Part shown: positions 9,091 to 17,846 of the stretch, one piece after another
How positions within the stretch are numbered: the stretch's first letter is position 1
Layout of the letters: the number at the start of each line of letters is the position of its first letter
IMG/VR virus record: IMGVR_UViG_3300042524_000214
Coordinates: 38,663-102,662 of that record
Origin: a virus
Lineage: Duplodnaviria; Heunggongvirae; Uroviricota; Caudoviricetes
DNA length: 64,000 nt
Strand: one strand, 5' to 3'
Notes under the pieces: generated by a model
The model's input: only the letters and a program-made list of their open reading frames with translations
What the model was told of the DNA's origin: nothing
Databases searched by the model: none
Program-made: the position numbers and the translations under genes

Positions 9091-9689
9091 AAAACGATAC
9101 TTGGGGCAGACCATTTAGCAAAGCGAGATTGCAGTTATCGACCATTTGTAGCACGTTAAAGATTTTAGTTTATGGGTTTCTATTTTGTTGCTTGTGAAGA
9201 TTGTACCTAGGAAATGCAATGTTCAGTGCTAATGAAGATAAAAAATGAAACGCTTTAAAGTAGTTGGGTTAGTAACGTTCCTACCTTGTGAATACTTGTA
9301 AAGGTAAATTTGTTTAGATTTTTTTATTGTTTCACTTGCATATCCGGGAAGTTCTTTGTAGCTTTGCGGTATACTAATTAAAATTTATTATTATGATGTT
9401 ATGGGCAGTTCTTTTAATCGTGTGTATCATATTACTTAATATGAAACCAAATCGTTAATTATGAGAGTAGAGATAGTATTGTTAGAGTTCGGTGTTCAAG
9501 CGGACATCTTTAAGGGGAAGACATTAGTAGGTACAATGTTGGGGATAACAATGGCAAACCTTTGTCAGAGTATTCACGATGTGTATCATATAGATATATT
9601 CGGTCAAGTAGAATTGAATTAGTTAGGTTGATACTTTTCAAAGAGGGGAGAAAGGGGAGCAGAAATGTTCCTCTTTTTTTTGCATAAAA

Positions 9690-9721
9690 CTTTTTTTATT
9701 GAAAAGTATTTTGTATCTTTG
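9690..9721 (+). promoter_or_regulatory. sigma-A promoter (-7 TATCTTTG 9714-9721)
   Basis: TAnnTTTG consensus. Confidence 0.45.
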
Positions 9722-9755
9722 TATTGGCAATGGTGCCGATTTAAAACTATTTAAT

Positions 9756-10337
9756 ATGGAAAATTTATTTAATGGCTTACAAGTAGTAGGTGGAGTAATC
9801 AAAGTAACAACTATTTCTGAAACCGCATCAGTAGAAGTAAGCGGTAGGTTTACTCTTGAAAGAGGTAACTTTAAACAAGAGTTCTCTTATTGGGCAAGAA
9901 CTTACGAGAGGTTTGATAACCACGCAAAGATTGATGATTTTGATACGGAAGAACACAAATGTTCTTTGGGGGAATTACCTATTGATAGTTTGAGTTCCCT
10001 AAAAACCACATTAACTAATTCGGGGTTGACTACTTTGGCAAATAGTTTAGGGTTCAGTAATGAAGAAGTAGTTGCTGCAATGCGTTTCCACGTACAAAAC
10101 CATAAGATTTTTAAAGCAGTTTATGGGAAAAAAGTTATCTTGTGGGACTTGTTGTCAACAGAGGAACAAGCGGAAGAAACTTTAGCTTACGTCCTTAACA
10201 ACTATGATAGTTGTCCAAACTATGTTAAACAACAATGTGGTATTGTGGTGGTTGATGAAGAGGGGAATGTTATTCCAAACGCTATTCCAACCAAAGAACA
10301 AGTGAGGGAAAAGTTTTTAAGTTTAGGAACTAACTAA
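9756..10337 (+). CDS. hypothetical protein
   Basis: ORF track starts at 9699, which overlaps the promoter; ATG at 9756 (MENLFNG) chosen as start. Confidence 0.5.
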   Translation: MENLFNGLQVVGGVIKVTTISETASVEVSGRFTLERGNFKQEFSYWARTYERFDNHAKIDDFDTEEHKCSLGELPIDSLSSLKTTLTNSGLTTLANSLGFSNEEVVAAMRFHVQNHKIFKAVYGKKVILWDLLSTEEQAEETLAYVLNNYDSCPNYVKQQCGIVVVDEEGNVIPNAIPTKEQVREKFLSLGTN

Positions 10338-10354
10338 TCTAAAAGTAACTACAA

Positions 10355-10382
10355 AGAGGGGGCAAAATTGCCCTCTTTTTTT
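10355..10382 (+). terminator. intrinsic terminator
   Basis: AGAGGG...CCCTCT hairpin followed by TTTTTTT. Confidence 0.55.
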
Positions 10383-10394
10383 GTACCTAAAAGC

Positions 10395-10425
10395 TTAGAT
10401 ATATGGAAACTATTTTGTACCTTTG
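10395..10425 (+). promoter_or_regulatory. sigma-A promoter (-7 TACCTTTG 10418-10425)
   Basis: TAnnTTTG consensus. Confidence 0.45.
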
Positions 10426-10452
10426 ATAATTATTAATACTAACTAATCTATT

Positions 10453-10671
10453 ATGGCACAAGAATTTATTTTAAGAGAGAATGTTTTAACCGACAACGTT
10501 TTGCTTTTAGCTAACGAGGGTAAAGTTTTCAAAGGCGGTTACATCGCTATAATCAAAGAGTACACGTATCAAAATTCGTGGTCGGATAAATTGGGGGTAA
10601 AGAGGTTTAGAAACGAGGAGAGGTTAAATAACTACTTGAACAAGAACTACCCCGACTTTGAGAGGTACTAA
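10453..10671 (+). CDS. hypothetical protein
   Basis: 72-aa ORF. Confidence 0.5.
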   Translation: MAQEFILRENVLTDNVLLLANEGKVFKGGYIAIIKEYTYQNSWSDKLGVKRFRNEERLNNYLNKNYPDFERY

Positions 10672-10689
10672 ATTAACTAATGTGAAAAC

Positions 10690-10718
10690 AAGGGGGGCAA
10701 ATTGTCCCTCTTTTTTTG
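10690..10718 (+). terminator. intrinsic terminator
   Basis: GGGGGGCAAATTGTCCCTC hairpin followed by TTTTTTT. Confidence 0.5.
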
Positions 10719-10740
10719 TGCAAAATTTTAACACTTTTTA

Positions 10741-10772
10741 TTTGCATATATGAAACCTTAATCGTATCTTTG
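10741..10772 (+). promoter_or_regulatory. sigma-A promoter (-33 TTTG 10741, -7 TATCTTTG 10765-10772, 20-nt spacing)
   Basis: full consensus; no protein-coding ORF for about 340 nt downstream. Confidence 0.55.
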
Positions 10773-11060
10773 TTTAACAATAAGGGGGAACGATATGGAT
10801 AGATGAAATAAATAGGCGGTAAGGATTTGACAAAGGGCGGTGTGTAATACCAACACAGGAAGAGTAGACTCCGTCCTACCCTATACTGAGATGTGAGAGG
10901 GGGGTTCGTGAAGGAGTATACCCTATGCGTACCAAAAAAAAGTACGAACCCTTGAATTGCATAACTCTGGCAATTTTCTAATACAAAGTTACGACTTAAA
11001 AATGACATACACAACAAAAGTTATCAACATAATTTGTTAATAAGTTCTTTACTTTACCTA

Positions 11061-11091
11061 TTGCATATATCATTCTTATACCTTATCTTTG
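11061..11091 (+). promoter_or_regulatory. sigma-A promoter (-33 TTG 11061, -7 TATCTTTG 11084-11091)
   Basis: consensus with 20-nt spacing. Confidence 0.55.
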
Positions 11092-11132
11092 TCCTATGAT
11101 TGTAACGAAGCAATTATCTTACATTAAGTAGT

Positions 11133-11468
11133 ATGAAAAAAGTAGTAGTAAACATTGGGTTAAACATTGGAGCAGAAGAACCACAACAACAACTATCAAG
11201 AACGTTGATTTCTTTGTTAGGTTATTACGCATTAACTAGTGTAAGAGTTGAAGAAGTGGGGGTGTATAAGGGGAGCGAGGAGCGTACACTAGTAGCTTAT
11301 TTTCAAACTAGTTCAGAAGAAACTTTAGTTAGTGTATTGTCTTATTTTTGCAGAGATTTGTACCAAGAAGCTATTGCTTATAAGTGTGAAGGAGTGGGAG
11401 ATATAGCTTTTAATCCTAGTTATACGGGGGAGCAGTTTCCATTCGACCAACAATTTTTTATAGATTAA
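11133..11468 (+). CDS. hypothetical protein
   Basis: 111-aa ORF. Confidence 0.5.
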   Translation: MKKVVVNIGLNIGAEEPQQQLSRTLISLLGYYALTSVRVEEVGVYKGSEERTLVAYFQTSSEETLVSVLSYFCRDLYQEAIAYKCEGVGDIAFNPSYTGEQFPFDQQFFID

Positions 11469-11489
11469 TAAAAATAATTGCAAAAAAGT

Positions 11490-11520
11490 TTTGCAGTATC
11501 AAAAATAAACATTAAATTTG
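11490..11520 (+). promoter_or_regulatory. sigma-A promoter (-33 TTTG, -7 TAAATTTG 11513-11520)
   Basis: consensus, 19-nt spacing. Confidence 0.55.
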
Positions 11521-11543
11521 TCAAACATTTAAAAACTATCAAG

Positions 11544-12122
11544 ATGAACAGATTAAAAGTAGTACACGACAGCAGTGCAGACAGCCCTAGAAGTTGGGAT
11601 AATTTAGGTAAAATGATTTGTTTCCACAATCGTTATGATTTAGGAGATAAACACAACTACAATGCAGACGATTATTCGGGTTGGGAAGAGATGAAGAAAG
11701 CAATTATCAAGGAAGAAAATCCAGCAGTAATTCTACCTTTGTACCTATACGACCATTCGGGTATAAGTATCAGTACAAGCCCGTTCAGTTGTCGTTGGGA
11801 TAGCGGACAGATAGGTTTCGTATTAGTTAGTAAGAAACAAGTGGTTGAGGAGTTCGGGGGAGTTCGAGTTTCAAGTAAGAAAAGAGTAAAGATTGAAAGC
11901 ATCATTGAAGCAGAAGTAAAAACCTATACTCAATATGTTGAGGGGGAAGTGTACGGGTTTCAAATAGTAGATGAAGACGATGAAGTAATTGATAGTTGTT
12001 ATGGTTTCTACGGAACGGATTTTGCTACTAATGGTATGTTAGATTATATCGACCACGAGTTGTTGGGAGTAGCAGAGGGGGGAGTTGTAGCATTGCTAGA
12101 AGAAGCAGAGATTGAATATTAG
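11544..12122 (+). CDS. hypothetical protein
   Basis: ORF track starts at 11478, inside the promoter; first ATG downstream of the -7 box (MNRLK) used. Confidence 0.5.
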   Translation: MNRLKVVHDSSADSPRSWDNLGKMICFHNRYDLGDKHNYNADDYSGWEEMKKAIIKEENPAVILPLYLYDHSGISISTSPFSCRWDSGQIGFVLVSKKQVVEEFGGVRVSSKKRVKIESIIEAEVKTYTQYVEGEVYGFQIVDEDDEVIDSCYGFYGTDFATNGMLDYIDHELLGVAEGGVVALLEEAEIEY

Positions 12123-12186
12123 ATTAGTTAGTTCAGAACCCCTCAATAAAAATGTTGGGGGGCGATGAAAAAAAGTTAAAAAAAGT

Positions 12187-12217
12187 TTTGTAGATTAGAA
12201 TAAAAGTATTATCTTTA
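12187..12217 (+). promoter_or_regulatory. sigma-A promoter (-7 TATCTTTA variant)
   Basis: TTTG 12187-12190, TATCTTTA 12210-12217. Confidence 0.45.
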
Positions 12218-12240
12218 CATAGAATTTAAAACTTATCATT

Positions 12241-12435
12241 ATGAAAAAAACAGCAGACGGGTTTGTATGGTTATTAGTAACCGAGAAAGCAAAAGACATT
12301 TGGAACAGCGGTTTATTCTCTTTGTTCATTCTTTATGAAGACGACAGCGAGAGTTTGATAGAAGACTTTGACGACCTAAACAGAGCGTTAGAGAACGGAT
12401 TGAGTATTGGAATTGAAGTAGGATTTGTAAATTAA
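12241..12435 (+). CDS. hypothetical small acidic protein
   Basis: 64-aa ORF. Confidence 0.45.
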   Translation: MKKTADGFVWLLVTEKAKDIWNSGLFSLFILYEDDSESLIEDFDDLNRALENGLSIGIEVGFVN

Positions 12436-12440
12436 TTAGT

Positions 12441-12734
12441 ATGAAAATAGTAACACAAAATGCAGTAGCGTGTTTCCGTAATGGGGGTAACGCAAAGTTC
12501 AGTAACACAGAAGTAGTAACTGAAAACGGAGTATCAAAGATGTATTTGTTCGGCAACCTTATAGCAACCCTTGAACGCAACGTTGGGGGAGTTATGAAGA
12601 TAACCAATGCAGGTTGGAGAAGTAACACTACAAAGGAACGCCTTAATGGATTACCTAATGTAAGTATCCAACAGAAGAAAGGCGATTGGTACTTAAACGG
12701 GGCATTGTGGAACGGACAATTAAAGCAAGTTTAG
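12441..12734 (+). CDS. hypothetical protein
   Basis: 97-aa ORF. Confidence 0.45.
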   Translation: MKIVTQNAVACFRNGGNAKFSNTEVVTENGVSKMYLFGNLIATLERNVGGVMKITNAGWRSNTTKERLNGLPNVSIQQKKGDWYLNGALWNGQLKQV

Positions 12735-12820
12735 ATTAGTTAATACGAAGATTTTTAGGGGGGGGTTTTGAATTTGTCTTCCCCCAAAAAAATCGGGTTA
12801 ACAAAAACAGATTAGATAAT

Positions 12821-13090
12821 ATGAAACAGACAATTATCATAGGCACGTTGGAGTTCTTAAATAGAAAGACAATAGTACATTCAGTAGATGAAGTGTACCA
12901 AGCAGACAGCACCGAAGAGTTAGTAGCTTTGATTGATACATTTGACAGCGAGGGCAAAGATTGGCTAGTACTTGAAACTTATACGGGAGTAATAGAGATT
13001 AGCATCAAAGGATTGCTAGGTTTAGTTTGGGGGAGCAAGAAAGATGATATTGCGAATAATGCAACAAACGAGGGGGGGCAAAAAGTATAA
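12821..13090 (+). CDS. hypothetical protein
   Basis: 89-aa ORF. Confidence 0.45.
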   Translation: MKQTIIIGTLEFLNRKTIVHSVDEVYQADSTEELVALIDTFDSEGKDWLVLETYTGVIEISIKGLLGLVWGSKKDDIANNATNEGGQKV

Positions 13091-13147
13091 CCCCCGTAAA
13101 TTTTGATACCTACCTTACAGAATTATCAGTAAACAAACAAAAACATT

Positions 13148-13363
13148 GTGAATAATATAATCGAGCATTCTAAAGAAACAGCAAAAATGGACAAAGAATT
13201 AACTAATTTAATAGTTGGAGCAGTATTAAGTGGACAAAAAGGAGTAATGGTTGGCTCAATGGAAGTAAGTTGGAAACCATTAAAGGCAAACCTAACATCA
13301 AAACAACGTGAAGCAGAAGCAGAACGCATAGCCAAGATGAATATACAAGCTATCAAGGGGTAG
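13148..13363 (+). CDS. hypothetical protein
   Basis: 71-aa ORF. Confidence 0.4.
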   Translation: MNNIIEHSKETAKMDKELTNLIVGAVLSGQKGVMVGSMEVSWKPLKANLTSKQREAEAERIAKMNIQAIKG

Positions 13364-13644
13364 TGTAAGGGGAGCATCAAGGGGGGAGCAACGGGGAGCG
13401 TACTAATACCGGACTAACTTGTACGAAAGTGTGCGTTAGTTCGGGGGAACAAGGGCGTGTAGTTACAGATTGAAACCAATGGGGGAGCAGTTTCTATTTG
13501 CTTGTATTTGATTTGTGCAAAATGTTTCAGAATACGTTATTCTAAAGGGGTGGACAGCGGTTGCCCCCTAAAATTAGCCCTTTGGTTCGGGTGGTAGTTT
13601 TAGATTAGATTGTTTAATTATATATCGTTAAATTTATACAGATT

Positions 13645-13971
13645 ATGAAAAAAGAGGTTTTGATTGCAAGGATTTTGGAAGTTGTTTCTACCTATGGTGG
13701 ATTTAGTACTAGTGAAGTACAAAGTGATTGTGGTATTTGTGTTGGTAGTCTAGGTAATCTAGTTGGTATGGTTGAGTACATAAGCAAAGATTGTATTGAT
13801 GTATCCGTTTACAGCCCTAATAGATATTCTAGTGATAGTGTGTATGATTATACTATGCAGTATTCAGAGTTATCAAAACAGACTTTGTTAGAGATACTAT
13901 TGTTTTGTGATATGTATGTTGACCTAGTACTAGAAGAAGACCATTTGTTTGGTTCAGCAGTAGGTAATTAA
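13645..13971 (+). CDS. hypothetical protein
   Basis: 108-aa ORF. Confidence 0.45.
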   Translation: MKKEVLIARILEVVSTYGGFSTSEVQSDCGICVGSLGNLVGMVEYISKDCIDVSVYSPNRYSSDSVYDYTMQYSELSKQTLLEILLFCDMYVDLVLEEDHLFGSAVGN

Positions 13972-14006
13972 GTGTGCTTTTTTATTATGCCCGAAATTTT
14001 TAAGAT

Positions 14007-14207
14007 ATGGAAAGAGTATTATGCAAAGAAACTAACAAACAAGTTAGTTTAATTCATCAAGGTTTTGACATCGCAATTATCAAACGAGATAGTTCAGAAA
14101 GTCAAGAGTGTGTTAACATCGTAACACTAGCGGTAAATAGGAGAACTAGACCAAGAGATATTTTTGGTTACAAACCCTCTTTAAAAAAAAGACAAAACTT
14201 TTTTTAA
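14007..14207 (+). CDS. hypothetical protein
   Basis: 66-aa ORF. Confidence 0.35.
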   Translation: MERVLCKETNKQVSLIHQGFDIAIIKRDSSESQECVNIVTLAVNRRTRPRDIFGYKPSLKKRQNFF

Positions 14208-14214
14208 TTTTTTC

Positions 14215-14245
14215 TTGCATATATAAAAACTAATAGCTATATTTG
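14215..14245 (+). promoter_or_regulatory. sigma-A promoter (-33 TTG 14215, -7 TATATTTG 14238-14245)
   Basis: consensus, 20-nt spacing. Confidence 0.55.
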
Positions 14246-14270
14246 TACTCTAATTAAAACACTATCAAAG

Positions 14271-14597
14271 ATGAACACAAGAAATTTAAACAGCATTTTG
14301 GACGACCTAGAAAGAGATACAGCAATGGTATTCTCACAGCTACTAGAACAGCAAGAAGAGTTTGTAATCTTTTCAGAGGAAGACCTAGAAAACGACAGCC
14401 CCGATGACTACCTAGAAGTTCGTAACGATATGACGGGAGATGTATTTGACATACACCCATTGAAAGTTACTAGAGAGGGTATTCTAGGAGTTACAACAGA
14501 CGGAGAGTTTGTAAGACATTTATGTTTGCTATCAGATTTATCTAGCACACAAGACCGAATTAACTTATGTGAATTAATGGAAAACCTTTTAAACTAA
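14271..14597 (+). CDS. hypothetical acidic protein
   Basis: 108-aa ORF ending ...LLN followed by the junction motif. Confidence 0.5.
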   Translation: MNTRNLNSILDDLERDTAMVFSQLLEQQEEFVIFSEEDLENDSPDDYLEVRNDMTGDVFDIHPLKVTREGILGVTTDGEFVRHLCLLSDLSSTQDRINLCELMENLLN

Positions 14598-14619
14598 CTA
14601 GTATGGAATTAGAAAAGAA

Positions 14620-14775
14620 AATTAAAGCATTAATCATAGAATTAAAGCAAGAGAACGAAAGTCGTAGTATAGCAAAAAATTCCTCTAATTGTTCGGAATA
14701 TAATTATGCAGTATTAACGCATAAATACAACAACACTTTAGAGATAGTAAAAAGATTAGAAACCACTTTAAACTA
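14620..14775 (+). CDS. hypothetical small protein (51 aa)
   Basis: Not in ORF track. Bounded by two copies of TAAACTAACTAGTATG; ends ...TTLN. Confidence 0.35.
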
Positions 14776-14781
14776 ACTAGT

Positions 14782-15138
14782 ATGAAATCAGTACACGAAT
14801 TGTCGGAAGACGAGTTACAAGAATTAAGAAGTCGTTGGTATCAACAACACCTAGACGATGGTTCTTTAGAAGAGGTTATGGAGTATGACCCCGAAGATGA
14901 AGATAACGTACCTATGGATATTGTAATAGCATATTACGAGGGAACGTATTTTGTAGAAGAAGATTTTTGGTGCAACCTTTCAGAAAATGAAGAGAGCGTT
15001 ATAGAAGCCCTTAATTTAACCAAAGTACAAGTTTTACAGATTGTAAAAGAGTGGTACACAAATGGAATGTGTCCCGACATTTTTCAGAATGAAGAGGGAG
15101 AAGACCTAGAAGAATTTTTAGAAAAGTATTTAAACTAA
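14782..15138 (+). CDS. hypothetical highly acidic protein (DNA-mimic candidate)
   Basis: 118 aa, strongly enriched in D/E. Confidence 0.5.
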   Translation: MKSVHELSEDELQELRSRWYQQHLDDGSLEEVMEYDPEDEDNVPMDIVIAYYEGTYFVEEDFWCNLSENEESVIEALNLTKVQVLQIVKEWYTNGMCPDIFQNEEGEDLEEFLEKYLN

Positions 15139-15143
15139 CTAGT

Positions 15144-15326
15144 ATGAAAGCAATAGTTACAGAAATTCAGTATGATACAGACGGAGAAGTAGTAACACTA
15201 CCAACTCAACTTGAAATTGATATACCAAGCGATATTGAAGAAGACAACATTGATGATTTTGTTTCAGATGAGGTTTCTAACATCACGGGATATTGCCACT
15301 TTGGTTTTGAGATGAAAATAATTTAA
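15144..15326 (+). CDS. hypothetical acidic protein
   Basis: 60-aa ORF. Confidence 0.4.
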   Translation: MKAIVTEIQYDTDGEVVTLPTQLEIDIPSDIEEDNIDDFVSDEVSNITGYCHFGFEMKII

Positions 15327-15343
15327 AAAAACTTTGAAAAAAG

Positions 15344-15375
15344 TTTGGTAGTTACAAAAACAAGTCGTATATTTG
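15344..15375 (+). promoter_or_regulatory. sigma-A promoter (-33 TTTG 15344, -7 TATATTTG 15368-15375)
   Basis: consensus, 20-nt spacing; part of a repeated ~60-nt promoter module. Confidence 0.55.
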
Positions 15376-15398
15376 TCTAGGATTTAAAACAAACACAT

Positions 15399-15542
15399 TA
15401 TGATAAGATTAAACCTTTCAATCAGTACAAGTCGTTATTTCGACAACCAAAAAGATTTAGCAGAATTTCTAGGTATCAAGAATACCTCCAAGAAAGCAAT
15501 CGAGAGTAGATGTAGAGTATTAAGTTTTGAAGTTGAATTTTA
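15399..15542 (+). CDS. hypothetical small protein (47 aa)
   Basis: Not in ORF track; ATG shortly after the promoter. Confidence 0.3.
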
Positions 15543-15553
15543 AATTAGATAGT

Positions 15554-15844
15554 ATGAAGACAGCAGTAGTTTTTTTGAAGATAACTTTTTTTGGCGACAA
15601 CCCCAACACAGAGGGTATTAAAGAAGTTAATGCTATATTCCCCGACCATAGCCGAACAGATAGTAGAGGGGAAGTTATTTATGAGGGTTACGCTCACATA
15701 GGACAGCACACAGAAATTCACGAGGATTTTCTTCTTCACACAGAAGTTGGCTACCACAAAGTTGTGAAAGCAACACCCGAAGAGTACGCTGAATTAAAAT
15801 CAGAATTAGAACAAATAGGATACGAATTAGAAATTCTAAATTAG
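15554..15844 (+). CDS. hypothetical protein
   Basis: ORF track 15527; ATG at 15554 after junction motif AAATTAGATAGTATG. Confidence 0.45.
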   Translation: MKTAVVFLKITFFGDNPNTEGIKEVNAIFPDHSRTDSRGEVIYEGYAHIGQHTEIHEDFLLHTEVGYHKVVKATPEEYAELKSELEQIGYELEILN

Positions 15845-15849
15845 TTAGT

Positions 15850-16038
15850 ATGAAATCAGAGTTATGCCAATGTAATAGTTGTGATGCTATTTTGATTGAT
15901 GAGAACCCACAAGTTGATGCCCCTTTACTAGACGTACCCGTAGGTGCATTGAGTATGGTTCAACTAGAAGAGAACGGAGAATTTTTTTGGGCTTGTCCTA
16001 ATTGTGAAACAGATGAATTTTTAACAGATTTAAACTAG
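15850..16038 (+). CDS. zinc-ribbon protein
   Basis: CQCNSC...CPNC cysteine pairs in 62 aa. Confidence 0.45.
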   Translation: MKSELCQCNSCDAILIDENPQVDAPLLDVPVGALSMVQLEENGEFFWACPNCETDEFLTDLN

Positions 16039-16043
16039 TTTAT

Positions 16044-16430
16044 ATGAGAACAGCATACGAGTTGTACCAAGTGGCTTTTGTAAGACACAGCGATAGCGAG
16101 ATGAGTATCGAAGCACTTAATCGCAAAGGTGGAGTTTATGTAGCCCGTTTAATACGGACAGAAGACCACTATTGGGAGGGTTTTACAGATTTTGGTTTAA
16201 GCACTAAAAAAGTCTTCAAAGGTATTGTTATAGAGTTTCTTCAAGCCCTCGTAAAAGAGGTTAAAGATTATGACAAACGTTGGTATGATTTGCATTGTGT
16301 AGTTCGATGTGAAATAGACGGAAACAGACCGCTAACGTGGGAAGAAACGTATGGTGGTGGACTTATCAACGAAGATGAGCCAACATTTAAAGGGGGAGTA
16401 ACATTTTTAGTAGAGAGATATGAGCAATAG
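16044..16430 (+). CDS. hypothetical protein
   Basis: 128-aa ORF. Confidence 0.5.
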   Translation: MRTAYELYQVAFVRHSDSEMSIEALNRKGGVYVARLIRTEDHYWEGFTDFGLSTKKVFKGIVIEFLQALVKEVKDYDKRWYDLHCVVRCEIDGNRPLTWEETYGGGLINEDEPTFKGGVTFLVERYEQ

Positions 16431-16647
16431 TATCAAAGAAAATTCGATAGTGTACTTCAAAGATGACAGAAGTAAGCACCCGTATTTAGTACACGAAGTA
16501 CTAGACAAGAACAACATAATTTTGGGATTGAAAGAGTTTCCCGAAATGGAGCAGGATTTTGCAGTATCGCAAGATGATATTAGTTTGTTTGAAACTAAAG
16601 AGGAAAGAGATTTAGCAGAGGAATTTATACAACAACTTTTAGACTAG
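16420..16647 (+). CDS. hypothetical protein
   Basis: 75-aa ORF. Confidence 0.45.
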   Translation: MSNSIKENSIVYFKDDRSKHPYLVHEVLDKNNIILGLKEFPEMEQDFAVSQDDISLFETKEERDLAEEFIQQLLD

Positions 16648-16652
16648 TTAAG

Positions 16653-17102
16653 ATGATAAAATTAGATGAATTTGACGGACACATAGTGTTGTATTGTAAA
16701 GGTTGGTATTTTCAGAAAAAAGTTGACATAGATTTTTTAGTTGGCTTACGAAGAATTTGGGCTATCAGATGTGGTTACGATTGTAGAGAAAATGACAAGT
16801 CAGCAGATGAATATATCGCAGACAGAATGTTCAAAATTATTGCACAAACTAATCCAAATATAGACCTAGTGCATTTTCAAAGAAGACTTCATAGCGAAAT
16901 GGCTAAAGATTATTTGAGTACTTATCAAGGATTGAACACCCTTGAAAAACTAATCAAGTTTTACAGAAGTGAGTTGCTTTGTTTAACAATCAGAGAGGAT
17001 AAAAAAGTATTGGTTAAGTTACCTAAAGTAAAAAAGAGAATTTTCTTCAAGATAATCAAAGGTAACGGAGAGTACAACGATTATAAACTTATAACTAGTT
17101 AG
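16653..17102 (+). CDS. hypothetical protein
   Basis: 149-aa ORF. Confidence 0.5.
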   Translation: MIKLDEFDGHIVLYCKGWYFQKKVDIDFLVGLRRIWAIRCGYDCRENDKSADEYIADRMFKIIAQTNPNIDLVHFQRRLHSEMAKDYLSTYQGLNTLEKLIKFYRSELLCLTIREDKKVLVKLPKVKKRIFFKIIKGNGEYNDYKLITS

Positions 17103-17103
17103 T

Positions 17104-17271
17104 ATGAAACAGAATACATTTGTGATTATAGCAGTCTTATGTTTTGCTTTTTTAACCCACGTTTTTAGTGGTGGAATGGCTCTTACATTTTGGCAGTCAG
17201 TAGTAGGGTATTTAGTTTGTTTTGTTTTTTGGCTGTTGATATTAGCACCGGCATTTGATGTAAAAAAATAA
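17104..17271 (+). CDS. small membrane protein (about 56 aa)
   Basis: Not in ORF track; junction ATAACTAGTTAGTATG; product MKQNTFVIIAVLCFAFLTHVFSGGMALTFWQSVVGYLVCFVFWLLILAPAF... Confidence 0.3.
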   Translation: MKQNTFVIIAVLCFAFLTHVFSGGMALTFWQSVVGYLVCFVFWLLILAPAFDVKK

Positions 17272-17293
17272 TTTAAAAATAATTCAAAAAAAG

Positions 17294-17325
17294 TTTGGTA
17301 GATTAAAAACTTAATCGTACATTTG
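17294..17325 (+). promoter_or_regulatory. sigma-A promoter (-33 TTTG 17294, -7 TACATTTG 17318-17325)
   Basis: consensus; repeated promoter module. Confidence 0.55.
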
Positions 17326-17382
17326 TCAAACAAAAGAGAGGGATAGCCGAAACCCTAAAGAGTAGGCAAAAATTCAATCATT

Positions 17383-17685
17383 ATGAAAAGAACAATCGAC
17401 CAAAGTATTCTAGCAGTAGAAAAATCAGTAAGTAGTATCTTCAACAGAGAAGATGTAATAGAACTACTAAAAAACATCGAGCAAGAAACAGAACTTTCTG
17501 ACGAAAAGAAATCAGATATTATCAGCGACATTATGCAGTCGATTGAGAGTGAAGAAAGCAACATTGTTGATAAGGACAGCATAAGATTAACAATCGACAG
17601 CAGTAATTATGTTAGCGTAGATAGTTTTGACGTTGAATTTAACGTTATCAGAAACGCAGTAATAGATATAGTCGAAAATTTGTAG
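17383..17685 (+). CDS. hypothetical acidic protein
   Basis: 100-aa ORF. Confidence 0.45.
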   Translation: MKRTIDQSILAVEKSVSSIFNREDVIELLKNIEQETELSDEKKSDIISDIMQSIESEESNIVDKDSIRLTIDSSNYVSVDSFDVEFNVIRNAVIDIVENL

Positions 17686-17686
17686 T

Positions 17687-17845
17687 ATGGAAGCAAACAA
17701 AGTAAGAGTAGGATTTTGTGAACATACACAAAACGAGGTAGTTCAAGAAAAATTTGGCGAAGAGTGGGTATGTATCCACGATGAAACTAGAGAGCAAGAG
17801 TTGGAAAATATTAACGAGGTAAAAAATCTACTTAAAACTAACTAA
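17687..17845 (+). CDS. hypothetical small protein (52 aa)
   Basis: Not in ORF track; starts TAGTATGGAAGC and ends at the junction AAAACTAACTAATATG. Confidence 0.3.
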   Translation: MEANKVRVGFCEHTQNEVVQEKFGEEWVCIHDETREQELENINEVKNLLKTN

Positions 17846-17846
17846 T

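Noticed and set aside
10673-11017. 114-aa minus-strand ORF
   Set aside because: Low-complexity product that overlaps two + strand promoters and a hairpin region; sits in a strictly + strand transcription block. More likely non-coding (see the ncRNA candidate).
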